Made by a program: the position numbers and the translations under genes
Assembly: GCA_040954595.2 (NCBI GenBank)
Contig: JBECUI020000054.1
Coordinates: 1-59,237 of the forward strand
Reading direction: 5' to 3'
Length of the DNA: 59,237 nucleotides
From: Balanoglossus misakiensis
Lineage: Eukaryota; Animalia; Hemichordata
The notes under the pieces: model-generated
Seen by the model: only the letters and a program-made list of their open reading frames with translations
Told to the model about the DNA's origin: nothing
Databases searched by the model: none
Part shown: piece by piece, positions 1 through 11,418 of the stretch
Layout: each line of letters opens with the position of its first letter
Position numbering within the stretch: the stretch's first letter is position 1

Positions 1-990
1 ATATATTTTGGTGGTAATTCGTTTTGAATTGAGGTCAGTAGAGGTCAAAAGGTCATGAAATTTGGGTCATTCTGAAAATTTGTAGTATGACTATTTCTTG
101 AACGATTTTTTTGAACTTAAGTCTTCAAATGTCATTTACAAGATAAAATACTCTCCCAGAATCTATTTCAAACCAATAGAAAACCTTATTATTCATTTAT
201 GACCAGAAAAACACAAATAAAGAGAAACGACAGAAAGACATCCAATTTTCCACTCAGATTTAAGGGTAGGGGAAACTTAAGTTCTTGTAACTCCGGCAAA
301 AATAAACCCAGAACAGTCATCTACCACTCAAATTGTGTGTTTTTTAGAACTCTGCCAATATAATATATTTTGGTGGTAATTCGTTTTGAATTAAGGCCAA
401 TAGAGGTCAAAAGGTCATGAAATTTGGGCCATTCTGAACATTTGTAGTATGACTATTTCTTGAACGATTTTTTTGAACTTAAGTCTTTAAATGTCATTTA
501 GAAGATAAAATACTCTCCCAGAATCTATTTCAAACCAATAAAAAAACCTATTATTCAATTACGATCAGAAAAACACAAATACAGAGATACGGAAGAATGG
601 CACAAGACTTCAGACCCTGATATTGGGGTAGGGGAAACTTAAGTAGTTGTAACTCCGGTCAAAATAAAGCCAGAGCAGTCATCTACCTCTCAAATTGTGT
701 GTTTTTTAGCACTCTACCGATTGTAATATGTATTTGTTGCAATTTTATTTTGAATTTAGGTCAAAGAGGTCAAAAGATCACAAGATTTGGGTAATTTCGA
801 AAAATTATGGTACGAACATTTCCCGCATTAATTTTTTAAACCCAAGTCTTCAAATGTCATTTATGAGATAAAATACTCTACACGATTTTTTTCAGACCAA
901 TTGAAGACCTTATTATTCAATTAAAATCAGAAAAAAAAATAGTAGAGAAACTGGATAATAACAAACAATTCCCACGGATTTTGGGGTAGG
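1..990 (+). repeat. Tandem ~362-bp subterminal repeats of the fold-back left arm (about 2.7 units, third unit degenerate)
   Basis: ATATATTTTGGTGGTAATTCGTTTTGAATT recurs at 1 and ~363; a degenerate third unit starts near 725. Confidence 0.85.
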
Positions 991-1315
991 TTTGGCCATC
1001 TAACAGGTAAGTATACACCCAACTGATCATGCACATATGGTGTTTAGGAGAACGGATATGCAGATTTGTGAACCTTTGCATGCTGCTCATGTGCACTGTA
1101 CATGTACTTGTATGATGATTCCTAACAATACTACGAGAAGGGGCCATTATAGCATTGTAGCTCTGATTGTGTATTATTGTTGGATACCATCCTACAGTGT
1201 ACAGGCACAGCAGATGACAAGCCAAGCAAAGGTTCAAAAATCTGCTTATTTTTTTTTCCTCAACACAATATGAGCATGATCTATTTATATTCAGGTCTAC
1301 TATAATAAATAAAAA

Positions 1316-2266
1316 ATGGCAAACCCATCTTCTATTCCACACAAGAGGGCTCGACGGGATTGTTTTCTCGACTGTCATGAATCCGACCATAAAGCAAGCC
1401 TCGTCACTCTACAAGATCACGCCTTCTGGATAACTTTGCTGAATACAGCTAACATACAAAAATACAAACCAATTCAGGACCTCGCCATTGGTTTGGGCGA
1501 AGGTGAAATTCCTCAGGTGCAGTGCCATCGGAAATGCCGAAGTCTCTTTACGATGAAAAAGGCTCTTGAATCTATCCCTTCTAAAGAGCAGTCGTCATCA
1601 ACTGAGGGAACCAACACACTGGAACGTGAAAAGAGGTCGAGCATACAAGGGTCTCGGGTGTACGATCATATTTGCATATTTTGCTCCACCACCAAGTACA
1701 TGAAGGGAAGTAGGACAAGAGCTCCTTTAGTTCGTTGTCATCAATTGCGTGCGGACAACACATTAAGGGAGGCAGCAACAAGAAAAAATGACAGTAAAAT
1801 TCGTGCACTTCTCAGTCGTGAGTTGGTTGCTGCTGAGGGTCACTATCATAGAGCAGGTTCAAGTCATATGGAGGTTGATGAAAGTCAACATGATCAAGAT
1901 ACTAGTTATGAGGATGTCCTGCAAATTGCTCAAGAAGAGTTATTTTCTTTTATCAGAAATGATTTGTTCACAAACCCTGAGGTAGTTCCCCTGACTGATC
2001 TATCAAACAAGTTAGTTACCAAAATGCTCCAACTTGGTGTTAAACAGGTTAACAATTCCACCAACAAAACTTGCAGCATACGCTAAATACGGAATTCAAA
2101 GGGACATTGATTTTTTTGGATGATGTAAATGGCAGGGTGCTTGTATATCCGTCATCACTAGATAAAGGTACTGTTGACCTGAAGTACAATGCTGTAAGAA
2201 AAGAACTTCTTGCAGCAGAAAAACAATCACATGAAAGTATCATCACCACATCTGCTCTAATCCTGC
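1316..2266 (+). pseudogene. 5' fragment of a putative transposase gene (left arm), internally deleted and frameshifted
   Basis: ORF 1316-2086 with CHRKC, CIFC and LVAAEGHYH motifs; the reading appears to continue after a frameshift in ORF 2071-2316 up to the inversion junction near 2266. Confidence 0.6.
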
Positions 2267-2849
2267 TTACGCTGCTTGAATATCAGGCCTTGTATAGTCC
2301 CTATAACACTTTCTAAGATAGTGACCCTCAGCAGCTACCAACTCACGACTGAGAAGTGCACGAATTTTACTGTCATTTTTTGTTGTTGCTGCCTCCCTAA
2401 ATGTGTTGTCCGTACGCAATTGCTGACAACGAACTAAAGGAGCTCTTGTCCTACTTCCCTTCATGTACTTGGTGGTGGAGCAAAATAGGCAAATATGATC
2501 GTACACCCGAGACCCTTGTATGCTCGACCTCTTTTCACGTTCCAGTGTATTTGTTCCCTCAGTTGATGACGACTGCTCTTTAGAAAGGATAGATTCAAGA
2601 GCCTTTTTCATCGTAAAGAGACTTCGGCATTTCCGATGGTACTGCACCTGAGGAATTTCACCTTCGCCCAAACCAATGGCGAGGTCCTGAATTGGTTTTG
2701 TATTTTTGTATGTTAGCTGTATTCAGCAAAGTTATCCAGGAGGCGTGATCTTGTAGAGTAACGAGGCTTGCTTTATGGTCGGATTCATGACAGTCGAGAA
2801 AACAATCCCGTCGAGCCCTCTTGTGTGGAATAGAAGATGGGCTTGCCAT
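2267..2849 (-). pseudogene. Second, inverted copy of the putative transposase 5' fragment (right arm), +1 frameshift near 2695
   Basis: MASPSSIPHK... (2849) and GEGEIPQVQYHRKC...LVAAEGHYLRKCYRDYTR are nearly identical to the left copy; an extra A in AAATACAAAACC shifts the frame. Confidence 0.65.
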
Positions 2850-3174
2850 TTTTTATTTATTATACTGGACCTGAATATAAATAGATCATGCTCATATTGT
2901 GTTGAGGAAAAAAAATAAGCAGATTTTTGAACCTTTGCTTGGCTTGTCATCTGCTGTGCCTGTACACTGTAGGATGGTATCCAACAATAATACACAATCA
3001 GAGCTACAATGCTATAATGGCCCCTTCTCGTAGTATTGTTAGGAATCATCATACAAGTACCGTGCACATGAGCAGCATGCAAAGGTTCACAAATCTGCAC
3101 ATCCGTTCTCCTAAACACCATATGTGCATGATCGGTTGGGTGTATACTTACCTGTTAGATGGCCAAACCTACCC

Positions 3175-4260
3175 CAAAATCCGTGGGAATTGTTTGTTAT
3201 TATCCCGTTTCTCTACTAATTTTTTTCCTGATTTTAATTGAATAATAAGGTCTTCAATTGGTCTGAAAAAAATCGTGTAGAGTATTTTATCTCATAAATG
3301 ACATTTGAAGACTTGGGTTTAAACAATTAATGCGGGAAATGTTCGTACCATAATATTTCGAAATTACCCAAATCTTGTGATCTTTTGACCTCTTTGACCT
3401 AAATTCAGAACAAAATTGCAACAAATACATATACAATCGCTAGAGTGCAAAAAAAACCCACACAATTTGAGAGGTAGATGACTGTTCTGGCTTTATTTTT
3501 GCCGGAGTTACAACTACTTAAGTTTCCCCTACCCCAATATCAGGGTCTGAAGTCTTGTGCCATTCTTCCGTATCTCTGTATTTGTGTTTTTCTGATCGTA
3601 ATTGAATAATAGGGTTTTTTATTGTTTTGAAATAGATTCTGGGAGAGTATTTTATCTTCTAAATGACATTTAAACACTTAAGTTAAAAAAATCGTTCAAG
3701 AAATAGTCATACTACAAATGTTCAGAATGACCCAAATTTCATGACCTTTTGACCTCTATCGGTCTTAATTCAAAACGAATTACCACCAAAATATATTATA
3801 TTGGTAGAGTTCTAAAAACACACAATTTGAGTGGTAGATGACTGTTCTGGGTTTATTTTTGCCGGAGTTACAAGAACTTAAGTTTCCCCTACCCTTAAAT
3901 CTGAGTGGAAAATTGGATGTCTTTCTGTCGTTTCTCTTTATTTGTGTTTTTCTGGTCATAAATGAATAATAAGATTTTCTATTGGTTTGAAATACATTCT
4001 GGGAGAGTATTTTATCTTCTAAATGACATTTAAAGACTTAAGTTCAAAACTATCGTTCAAGAAATAGTCATACTACAAATTTTCAGAATGACCCAAATTT
4101 CATGACCTTTTGACCTCTATTGACCTCAATTCAAAACGAATTACCACCAAAATATATTATATTGGTAGAGTTCTAAAAAACACACAATTTGAGTGGTAAA
4201 TGACTGTTCTGGCTTTAGTTTTGCTGGAGATACAGCAATTTAAAGTTCCCCTACCCCCAA
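3175..4260 (-). repeat. Tandem ~360-bp subterminal repeats of the fold-back right arm
   Basis: TTACCACCAAAATATATTATATTGGTAGAG at ~3780 and 4141; GAGTTACAA..ACTTAAGTTTCCCCTACCC at ~3505 and ~3865. Confidence 0.85.
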
Positions 4261-4350
4261 AATTTGGGTCGGAAATTTTTATGTTCTTACATTAGTTTTT
4301 GAGGGAAAAAATGCAGAAAGCTACTCGATAGGCAGGGCTATCACCCCAAT

Positions 4351-6066
4351 TTATAATCTAGAGATATAGGCCTTTCCAAAAAACCACATGAGGCTTTGTC
4401 CATCTTTCTGATACCAATTCATGAAAAATCGGGTCCTGGCCCATGGACTAATTGTTCCGTTTTTTCTCTCTTCCACCATCTCTGGACTCTCAACTTCCTT
4501 CGATTCCGATTTGATCGCGTCGGCGGAAGCTGAACCGTGCGTTCTGTTGTCTCCCGTTGCCGTGGCTACGGTGTTATCTCCATCAACCGTTCGAGTCTTC
4601 GACACACCCGTCTTCAAAGTAATTGTTCCGTTTCTACTCTCTGTCACCCTCTCTGGACTCTCAACTTCCTTCGATTCCGATTTGATCGCGTCGGCGGAAG
4701 CTGAACCGTGCGTTCTGTTGTCTCCCGTTGCCGTGGCTACGGTGTTATCTCCATCAACCGTTCGAGTCTTCGACACACCCGTCTTCAAAGTCATTGTTCC
4801 GTTTCTACTCTCTTTCACCCTCTCTGGACTCTCAACTTCCTTCGATTCCGATTTGATCGCGTCGGCGGAAGCTGAACCGCGCGTATTGTTGTCTCCCGTT
4901 GCCGTGGCTACGGTGTTATCTTCATCATCCGTCCGAGTCTTTGACACACCCGTCAATGTATACGTCATCGCTGTTTGGATTATACCGAGGGTCTTCGTCT
5001 TGCAGAAGTCGCCACTCCGTTTGAACTCCATGTAGTCACTCTCTCTCGGCTCGCACTTACTCTCTTCCTTTAGTAATTGTTTCACTTTGGTAGAGATTCC
5101 AACTTTGGCCGACATCAGATGCGCAGCGTTGCCATAATTCATTAGCTTCTCGGCATATTCCCGTGCATTTGAGAGATCATACTGCATGATTTCCAGTTCT
5201 TTCAGTTGGGCGTTCAAATTGACGTTTCTGGAGTCGTATTCGGCCTTCATTTCTGTCTGAAGTTTCTCGTCATCTTCTGTAATAAGACGAATCGTTTCTT
5301 CTATCGTTTTCTGGGTGTGATCTTTCAGTTTCTTTGTTTCTTTCTTGAAGCACGTGTCCAGGGATTGCAAGGTGAACGTCACGGCAGTTTTGCTGTCGTT
5401 TGCTTCGGTTTCTTTCATTTTCACTTTGTCAATCATGGCCGTCAGATGTTTGGTGTATTCTGTGGCTGCATCTTTGACGCACCTGTATTTGTGCTGTGTC
5501 ATTGGATGGTCCAAAACGGTACACTTCAGACAGATCGTCCCGTCGCACGTATCGCAGTAGAATTCGATCTCGTAGTTTGGGTGCTTGGTGCAGTAGATCG
5601 GAGGCTGCACTGACGCCGGGTCGGAGGACTTGGCCGAGAGATACTCGTCAAGGGAAATCAGGCGGTGGGATCTCGTCAGCGGAAGCACCTTGTGCGTGGC
5701 TTCACACGCGGAGCATATGGCGATGGCACACTCCACGCAGTGCTTCACCTGATCCCCTTGCTTGCAGCCTTCACATTTCGCCAGATCTTCTTGTTTGTCG
5801 CCTCGTTTCTTGAAAAGTTCCACCAAATCGTTCAAGAACGGGTTGTTGTCAAGGCCGGCTGCACCGTCGGCGGGCAGTTGGTGTGATCGCCGACACACCG
5901 GGCAGGTCACAGACCGGCCTCCCCCGGCCAGCTTACCCAGACACGGCTCACAGAAGGTGTGGAAACACGGTAGAATCTTAGCATTCTGGTATCGCTGTGA
6001 GCATACACTACAGAGGAGAAAATTCTCGTTGATTTCCTCCAGAAAGGTGGTCGCCTTTGCAGCCAT
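4351..6066 (-). pseudogene. TRIM-NHL paralogue A1 (RING, B-box1, B-box2, coiled coil, 57-aa repeats), truncated before the NHL domain by the fold-back transposon
   Basis: Near-identical to 18073-20742 down to nt ~4451. The last ~32 aa (SPWARTRFF...ISRL) are read from the transposon end. The frame is open, so a truncated protein is possible. Confidence 0.85.
4451..4950 (-). repeat. Coding 171-bp (57-aa) tandem repeat, about 3 units
   Basis: GVSKTRT..DNTVATATGD...SRNGT(M/I)TLKT units; ATTGTTCCGTTT recurs at 4451, 4622 and 4793. Confidence 0.95.
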
Positions 6067-8047
6067 TTTGTTGAACGCCTAGATTGTGCGCCAGTTCGTA
6101 CCTGTCTCTCTGAAGTCATGTGATTTGCTTATGAATTGACTCTGCGTACGTGATACTGTAGTATGTAGGCGAGGCGAACTGAATTTCAGTAGCTAGGCAG
6201 TATTGAGTTGGACAAACTTTTCGCTTTGATCTTTGGACTTCATACTACATGTAGGTCTATATAAAGATACTCTTCATTGTACAGATGCCTGCGTAACCTC
6301 GCTAGTTCTTGTTTTTAACAGTTTCAAGTCTTTCAACATTGAGCTGCCACTATCAGCATCAATCAATCCAACCAGCCGATAACTGGCCTCAATAATTTAT
6401 TGCGTTACAACGCCTCCGTGCAGATTCTAATAACATGCATATACATTGTACATGCTCATACCACGAAAGTTGTGTCAGACGCAAGCTGAGTGCTGCATGA
6501 ATGAAATGCCCTTATCGCCAGCGACATTGCTAAGTCGCTGTCTGCATTGCAGCCACCTTCACTGTAAACGATAAATATGATAAATATTTGTCCAGAATGT
6601 GAATCGTAGAGAGAAGATCTTGACAGAATATGTGAAATAGTGCTTATAATATTATGATCGTCCTACACATGTAGAATCTCAGCGTAATACAATGAATCCC
6701 TAACAGACTACCCACTGGGCCACCTTCCAGTATTCAGCGTCGCGTTTATGCAAATAAATCCGGAGAAATCTAGGCGATTTTGATGTAATCAATTCTTTGG
6801 AACATATAGAGTGTCGAGTGGGCAAGTGAACACATATCGATCCGTTTCTTTGACCTGAAGTCCTGGGGTTATCAGGGCTGTCACGCCTGCCCTCTGTTGT
6901 GTGACTTTATTGGGGGTTGGGACAAATGTGTAGGTTGTTTTTTGCTTTCTGTTTGTCTCTCACGGGATTGATGCATGAATCAGATTTGTCTATCATCAGA
7001 ATCTAGTCCGTCTGCAGACTTTACAGATGGCCAACGGCATCAGCCTATCCCTGGCGACTGGTGAGCCTATACGGTGACCTTTATATATGAACACACTCCA
7101 ATGGCATAGATGGGTTTTCTATCCAAAATTCTGGGTCTACTGTTCTCACTACATGTATATCGTTTACTTGTTTTATTTGAAATGTTAGTTTTCCCTGAGT
7201 AGGGCTTTCCAGGTTTAAAGCCCGAAGATATAAACGCAATTCTCAGAATGTTTATCAGGTCTGCGGGAAATCTGCATTTCTGAGTATTTCAAGAAGCCGC
7301 CCATTGCACAGCGCCAAAAATTTCACCGTGGTCACAATTGGACTATTTCATATACCCGTGGCATATCGCCGAAAGCCGGGGAAAAGTGTAACATTTTACC
7401 ATGTGGTCGACATCAAACACCCGGCGCGTTTGACGCTTCGCTGGGGGGGGGGGGGGGGTTGTATCTAAAAATACATACGAAAATCTGCTTCAGTCCCATA
7501 GCTGTACCTTGGCTTCTTTTATTTTGATAGACACTCACATGTTGATATTTAAATTTTGTTGATTTTATTATATCTATGCAATACATCAAACGCAATAGTA
7601 TTTCCAGTAGGACACTGATGTTGAAAATTTGAAATTTATAAAAAACTAAAACAACTTTAAAAAGAATCAATATACATAACAGTGCTTCCAAGTTAATACA
7701 GAGAGTGTTGGAATATTCATACCAAACTTGATTGGTTGAGACAGATTATTTGTGTGAATATTTCTAGGAAAATACAGCTTTTCCGCTCGAATTTGAAAAA
7801 GAAAAAAAAAACTGTGTTACATAGAGTAGAAATGGAACTATAATTTCCAATGTTTACATTTTTTTTGAAAATTAAAATTGTCACTTTGGTACACTATTTC
7901 TATGGCTTATGCATTCGAAGGTGAAAGACCAGAGTTCATCGTCTCTCTAATGTCAACAGTTGCGGATTTTGCTTCTTGGACATCAGCCACTGGGACAGTT
8001 GTTTGTAAAGCTTGTTTGTTAATACAGGGAGTCTTATGGACACTTAT

Positions 8048-10240
8048 TTACTGCGCGAATACCTTTACACAGTCGTTTCCATAGTCAACGACCAGAACCT
8101 TACAAAGTGGTTCATCATCCGTTACACAGATACCATAGGGTTCATTGAGTCCATCAACGTCACTGTCAACACGACAGACAAATTTCCCCCCAGATTCATA
8201 TTTGACAATTCTGTTATTGCCGTTATCTGAGACATACACATAGCCGTGTTTATCCACAGCCACTCCACGGGGGTAACTCAGCCGACCATCTCCACTTCCT
8301 TTGTAGCCGAATGTATACAGGAAGTGACCATCACCATCGAACACTTGGATTCGATGGTTGTAACCATCTGATACATAGACATTGCCTTTGTCGTCAATGC
8401 AGACAAACCATGGGTAGATAAACTCACCCTCCTTACTTCCCTTACTCCCAAATGATTTGATATGATTTCCATCTTGGTCGTAAATGTGAATACAGTGTCC
8501 ATAGTGATCCACAACATAAACCCTCCCATTCACAGGATTTATACCAATACCGATCGGAAATTTAATCTTTCCCTTCCCAAAACACTTGATCAGTTTGCCA
8601 TTCTCGTCACAGACAATTACCTGCGTATTTCCTGTATCTGTTGTGAAAACATTTCCATCCACCGACACAGCTGCATCGTATGGTTTAAATGATTTACCCA
8701 AATTTTCAAATCGGAATATTTTCTTCTGTTTTCCACCCACACTGAAAGATTGCAATCTGTGATTCCAACAGGCAGAAACTAACGCATCTCCTGTTCTTGT
8801 GAGGGTTACCCCATATGGATAATTCAGCTGACCAACCCCTGTACCCTTCTCCCCAAATTTACACACCAACCCCTTCTTAGGAATAACTTTAATTCTAACC
8901 GGTGAACCCCGTACTACTTTCTTACGTACCGACACTGACAGTTCACGTTCGCCTTCCGTGTTTGCACGAGTTTTTAAACTCAGAGTCCCGTCGTTATTAT
9001 CGCTGACTTCCACATTTTCTCCTGATGTCAAGGCAGCCTTAACTTCGTCGATCTTTGTCTTGAGCGGTGACGTCATTGTGACGCAGATTTCTTCGTCTAT
9101 TCTTCTGAAGTCCGGAGCATCCAGTATTTCATAGGCAACTGCAGTGGTCTCTATCGCTCCTAGCTTCTTCTCCTTACAGAAATCATCACACGGTTCGAAC
9201 TTCAGGTAGTCGCTCTCTATCGGTTCGGTTTCTGTCTCCAATTTCAGCAATTCTGTCATCTGACTGGCTATCCCCTTCTTTGCCGTCATCAGCTGCGTAG
9301 CGTTGCCATGGTGAACCAGTTTCTCGGCGTATTCTCGCGCGTGCGACAGATCATTCTGGCAAACTTCCATTTCTTTCAGCTGAGCGTTTAAATTCAATTT
9401 TCGCCTGTCGTATTCGTCTTTCAGTTCTTTCTGAAGTTTGTCGCCGTTTTCTTGTATCAGACGAGTGAGTTCTTCGATTGTTTTACGGATGTGTTCTCTC
9501 AGTTTGTCGCCTTCTCTCCTGAAGCTCTCGTCTAAGGATGTCGATACTTGGGTTACAGCTATCGTGCTCTCACTGACTTGAGTTTCTTTCGTTTTCACTT
9601 TGTCAATGGTCGTTAGCAAATCTTCGGTGTAGGCTTCGGCTGCCTGTTTCATAGAACGGTACTGGTGCTCGGGTTTGCAATGATCCAACGCCGTGCCCTT
9701 CAGACAGATCGCCTTGTCGCACGTATCGCAGTAGAATTCGATCTCGCAGTTTGGATGTTTGCTGCAGTAGATCGGTGGCTGAACGGAGGCGGGGTCGACC
9801 GACTTGGCGGTGCTGTATTCGTCCAGTGAAACGAGCCGGTGCAGTTTCGTCATCGGGACTTTTACGTGTCCCCTGGAACAAGCATCACACATTTCGAGCG
9901 AACACTCGACACAGTGCATGGTCCGAACGCCTTGCTCGCACAGTTCACACTTCATCGTTGACGTCGAAGTGTCTCGTTTATTGAGCAGTTCAACCAAATC
10001 GTTCAGAAAACCGCTGTTGTCGAAGCCGGACACGCCATTACCCGGAAGCTCGTGGGACCGCCGACATATTGGACAGTTTACAGCACCATGAGTTTTCTCT
10101 GCCAGCTTACCCAGACACGGCTCGCAGAAGGTGTGTAGACACGGTAGAATTTTCGCATTCTTGTACCTCTCTGAACAGACAGCACAGAGGAGGAAATTCT
10201 CGTCGATTTCCGTTGCAACCCCGGAATCCTTGGCAGCCAT
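8048..10240 (-). CDS. Intronless TRIM-NHL E3 ubiquitin ligase-like protein B1 (TRIM2/TRIM3-like architecture), ~730 aa
   Basis: RING CAVC..CLHTFCEPC..CPIC, two B-boxes, coiled coil, filamin-like segment (DNNDGT..GSPV) and six NHL repeats. Start placed at the MAAK ATG (10240) by analogy with the other paralogues. Confidence 0.92.
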   Translation of the reverse strand: MAAKDSGVATEIDENFLLCAVCSERYKNAKILPCLHTFCEPCLGKLAEKTHGAVNCPICRRSHELPGNGVSGFDNSGFLNDLVELLNKRDTSTSTMKCELCEQGVRTMHCVECSLEMCDACSRGHVKVPMTKLHRLVSLDEYSTAKSVDPASVQPPIYCSKHPNCEIEFYCDTCDKAICLKGTALDHCKPEHQYRSMKQAAEAYTEDLLTTIDKVKTKETQVSESTIAVTQVSTSLDESFRREGDKLREHIRKTIEELTRLIQENGDKLQKELKDEYDRRKLNLNAQLKEMEVCQNDLSHAREYAEKLVHHGNATQLMTAKKGIASQMTELLKLETETEPIESDYLKFEPCDDFCKEKKLGAIETTAVAYEILDAPDFRRIDEEICVTMTSPLKTKIDEVKAALTSGENVEVSDNNDGTLSLKTRANTEGERELSVSVRKKVVRGSPVRIKVIPKKGLVCKFGEKGTGVGQLNYPYGVTLTRTGDALVSACWNHRLQSFSVGGKQKKIFRFENLGKSFKPYDAAVSVDGNVFTTDTGNTQVIVCDENGKLIKCFGKGKIKFPIGIGINPVNGRVYVVDHYGHCIHIYDQDGNHIKSFGSKGSKEGEFIYPWFVCIDDKGNVYVSDGYNHRIQVFDGDGHFLYTFGYKGSGDGRLSYPRGVAVDKHGYVYVSDNGNNRIVKYESGGKFVCRVDSDVDGLNEPYGICVTDDEPLCKVLVVDYGNDCVKVFAQ

Positions 10241-10295
10241 GATCGCGCTGTTCGTTGATCGTCTGTTTACCGTTCTCGTGACCTGGCTAGTTACC

Positions 10296-10305
10296 ATCAC
10301 GTGAC
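10296..10305. promoter_or_regulatory. E-box/CLEAR-like palindrome ATCACGTGAC ~56 bp upstream of the TRIM B1 ATG
   Basis: TCACGTGA occurs at the same spacing upstream of paralogues (10758, 20791, 24977, 39978). Confidence 0.45.
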
Positions 10306-10615
10306 CAACTGTGCATTGACAATGTATTTCTACGAAAGGGGCTATACTATGGTCTTTCTTTTGTGGATCGTGGGGTTTAGATTTTCTGAAATCTTAGATT
10401 CGTGAACACAAATCAAAAGTATAATATTCGTTGTCCTCAGGTGAACTTTTAAATGACCCGACGTGACCTCATATGACCTCCAGAACTGTACATGTACGTT
10501 GTATCTTATTCTTCCTGATCATGATTCCTGAGCTGTACCAACACTGTCATCAACAATTTTGCGCGCAGACAACAGCAGCTTATAAATACATTTTGTAGCA
10601 AAATTTCGAAATGTT

Positions 10616-10785
10616 GAATCTTAGCATTCTGGTATCGCTGTGAGCATACACTACAGAGGAGAAAATTCTCGTTGATTTCCTCCAGAAAGGTGGTCGCCTT
10701 TGCAGCCATTTTGGTGAACGCCTAGATTGTGCGCCAGTTCGTACCCGTCGCTCTGAAGTCACGTGATTTGCTTACGAATTGGCTC
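10616..10785 (-). pseudogene. Relic of an A-type TRIM gene: promoter plus first ~31 codons
   Basis: MAAKATTFLEEINENFLLCSVCSQRYQNAKI is identical to the A1 start, then breaks; flanked by deletion junctions. Confidence 0.9.
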
Positions 10786-11418
10786 TCCTTTTACCATGTA
10801 GTCGACATCAAACACCCAGGGCTTTTGACGCTTCGCTGAAGGGGGGGGGGGGTATCAAAAATTACAAACGAAAATCTGCTTCAGTCCCATAGCTGTACTT
10901 TGGTTTCTTTTATTTTGATAGACACTCACATGTTGATATTTAAATTTTGTTGATTTTATTATATCTATGCCATACATCAAACGCAATAGTATTTGCAGTA
11001 GGACACTGATGTTGAAAATTTGAAATTTAAACAAAACTAAAACAACTTTAAGAAAGAATCAATATACATAACAGTGTTTCCAAGTTAATACAGAGAGTGT
11101 CGGAATATTCATACCAAACTTGATTGGTTGATACAGATTATTTGTGTGAATATTTCTAGGAAAATACAGCTTTTCCGCTCGAATTTGAAAAAAAAGAAAA
11201 CTGTGTTACATAGAGTAAAAATGGAACTATAATTTCCAATGTTTACATTTTTTTTTTGAAAATTAAAATTGTCACTTTAGTACACTATTTATATGGCTTA
11301 TGCATTCGAAGGTGAAAGACCAGAGTTCATCTTCTCTCTAATGTCAACAGTTGCGGATTTTACTTCTTGGACATCAGCCACTGGGACAGTTGTTTGTAAA
11401 GCTTGTTTGTTAATACAG

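Larger units (their letters stand above)
1..4450. mobile_element. Fold-back (palindromic) non-autonomous DNA transposon, Academ-like; left end lies outside the window
   Basis: 1-~1848 is the near-exact reverse complement of ~2316-4157 (ATG 1316 mirrors 2849; nt 1-17 mirror 4141-4157). The right end ...GGCCCATGGACTA (4450) abuts TRIM coding sequence. The superfamily is inferred from the TAG/CTA terminus, the long repeat-containing arms and the LVAAEGHY(H/L)RxCY motif. Confidence 0.8.
4451..10506. repeat. Segmental duplication unit 1 (TRIM A1 + spacer + TRIM B1), paralogous to ~19127-25197
   Basis: Constant offset of ~14.68 kb (6066/20742; 10240/24921) with highly similar intergenic DNA; similarity ends after ACATGTACGTTGTATCT. 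Confidence 0.9.

Noticed and set aside
917-1390. Short ORFs in the fold-back arms (917-1390, 1037-1273, 2732-3121, 2927-3241)
   Set aside because: No recognisable motifs, and their frames are not conserved between the two arms.
4421-5035. 204-aa plus-strand ORF (and the 228-aa ORF at 19025-19711)
   Set aside because: Antisense shadows of the 171-bp coding repeat: a stop-free unit repeated in tandem, with non-ATG or TE-derived starts.
10241-10300. 20-aa N-terminal extension of TRIM B1 (and B2) in the ORF track
   Set aside because: It begins at a GTG/ATG inside the E-box; all paralogues start at MAA, so the downstream ATG is preferred.
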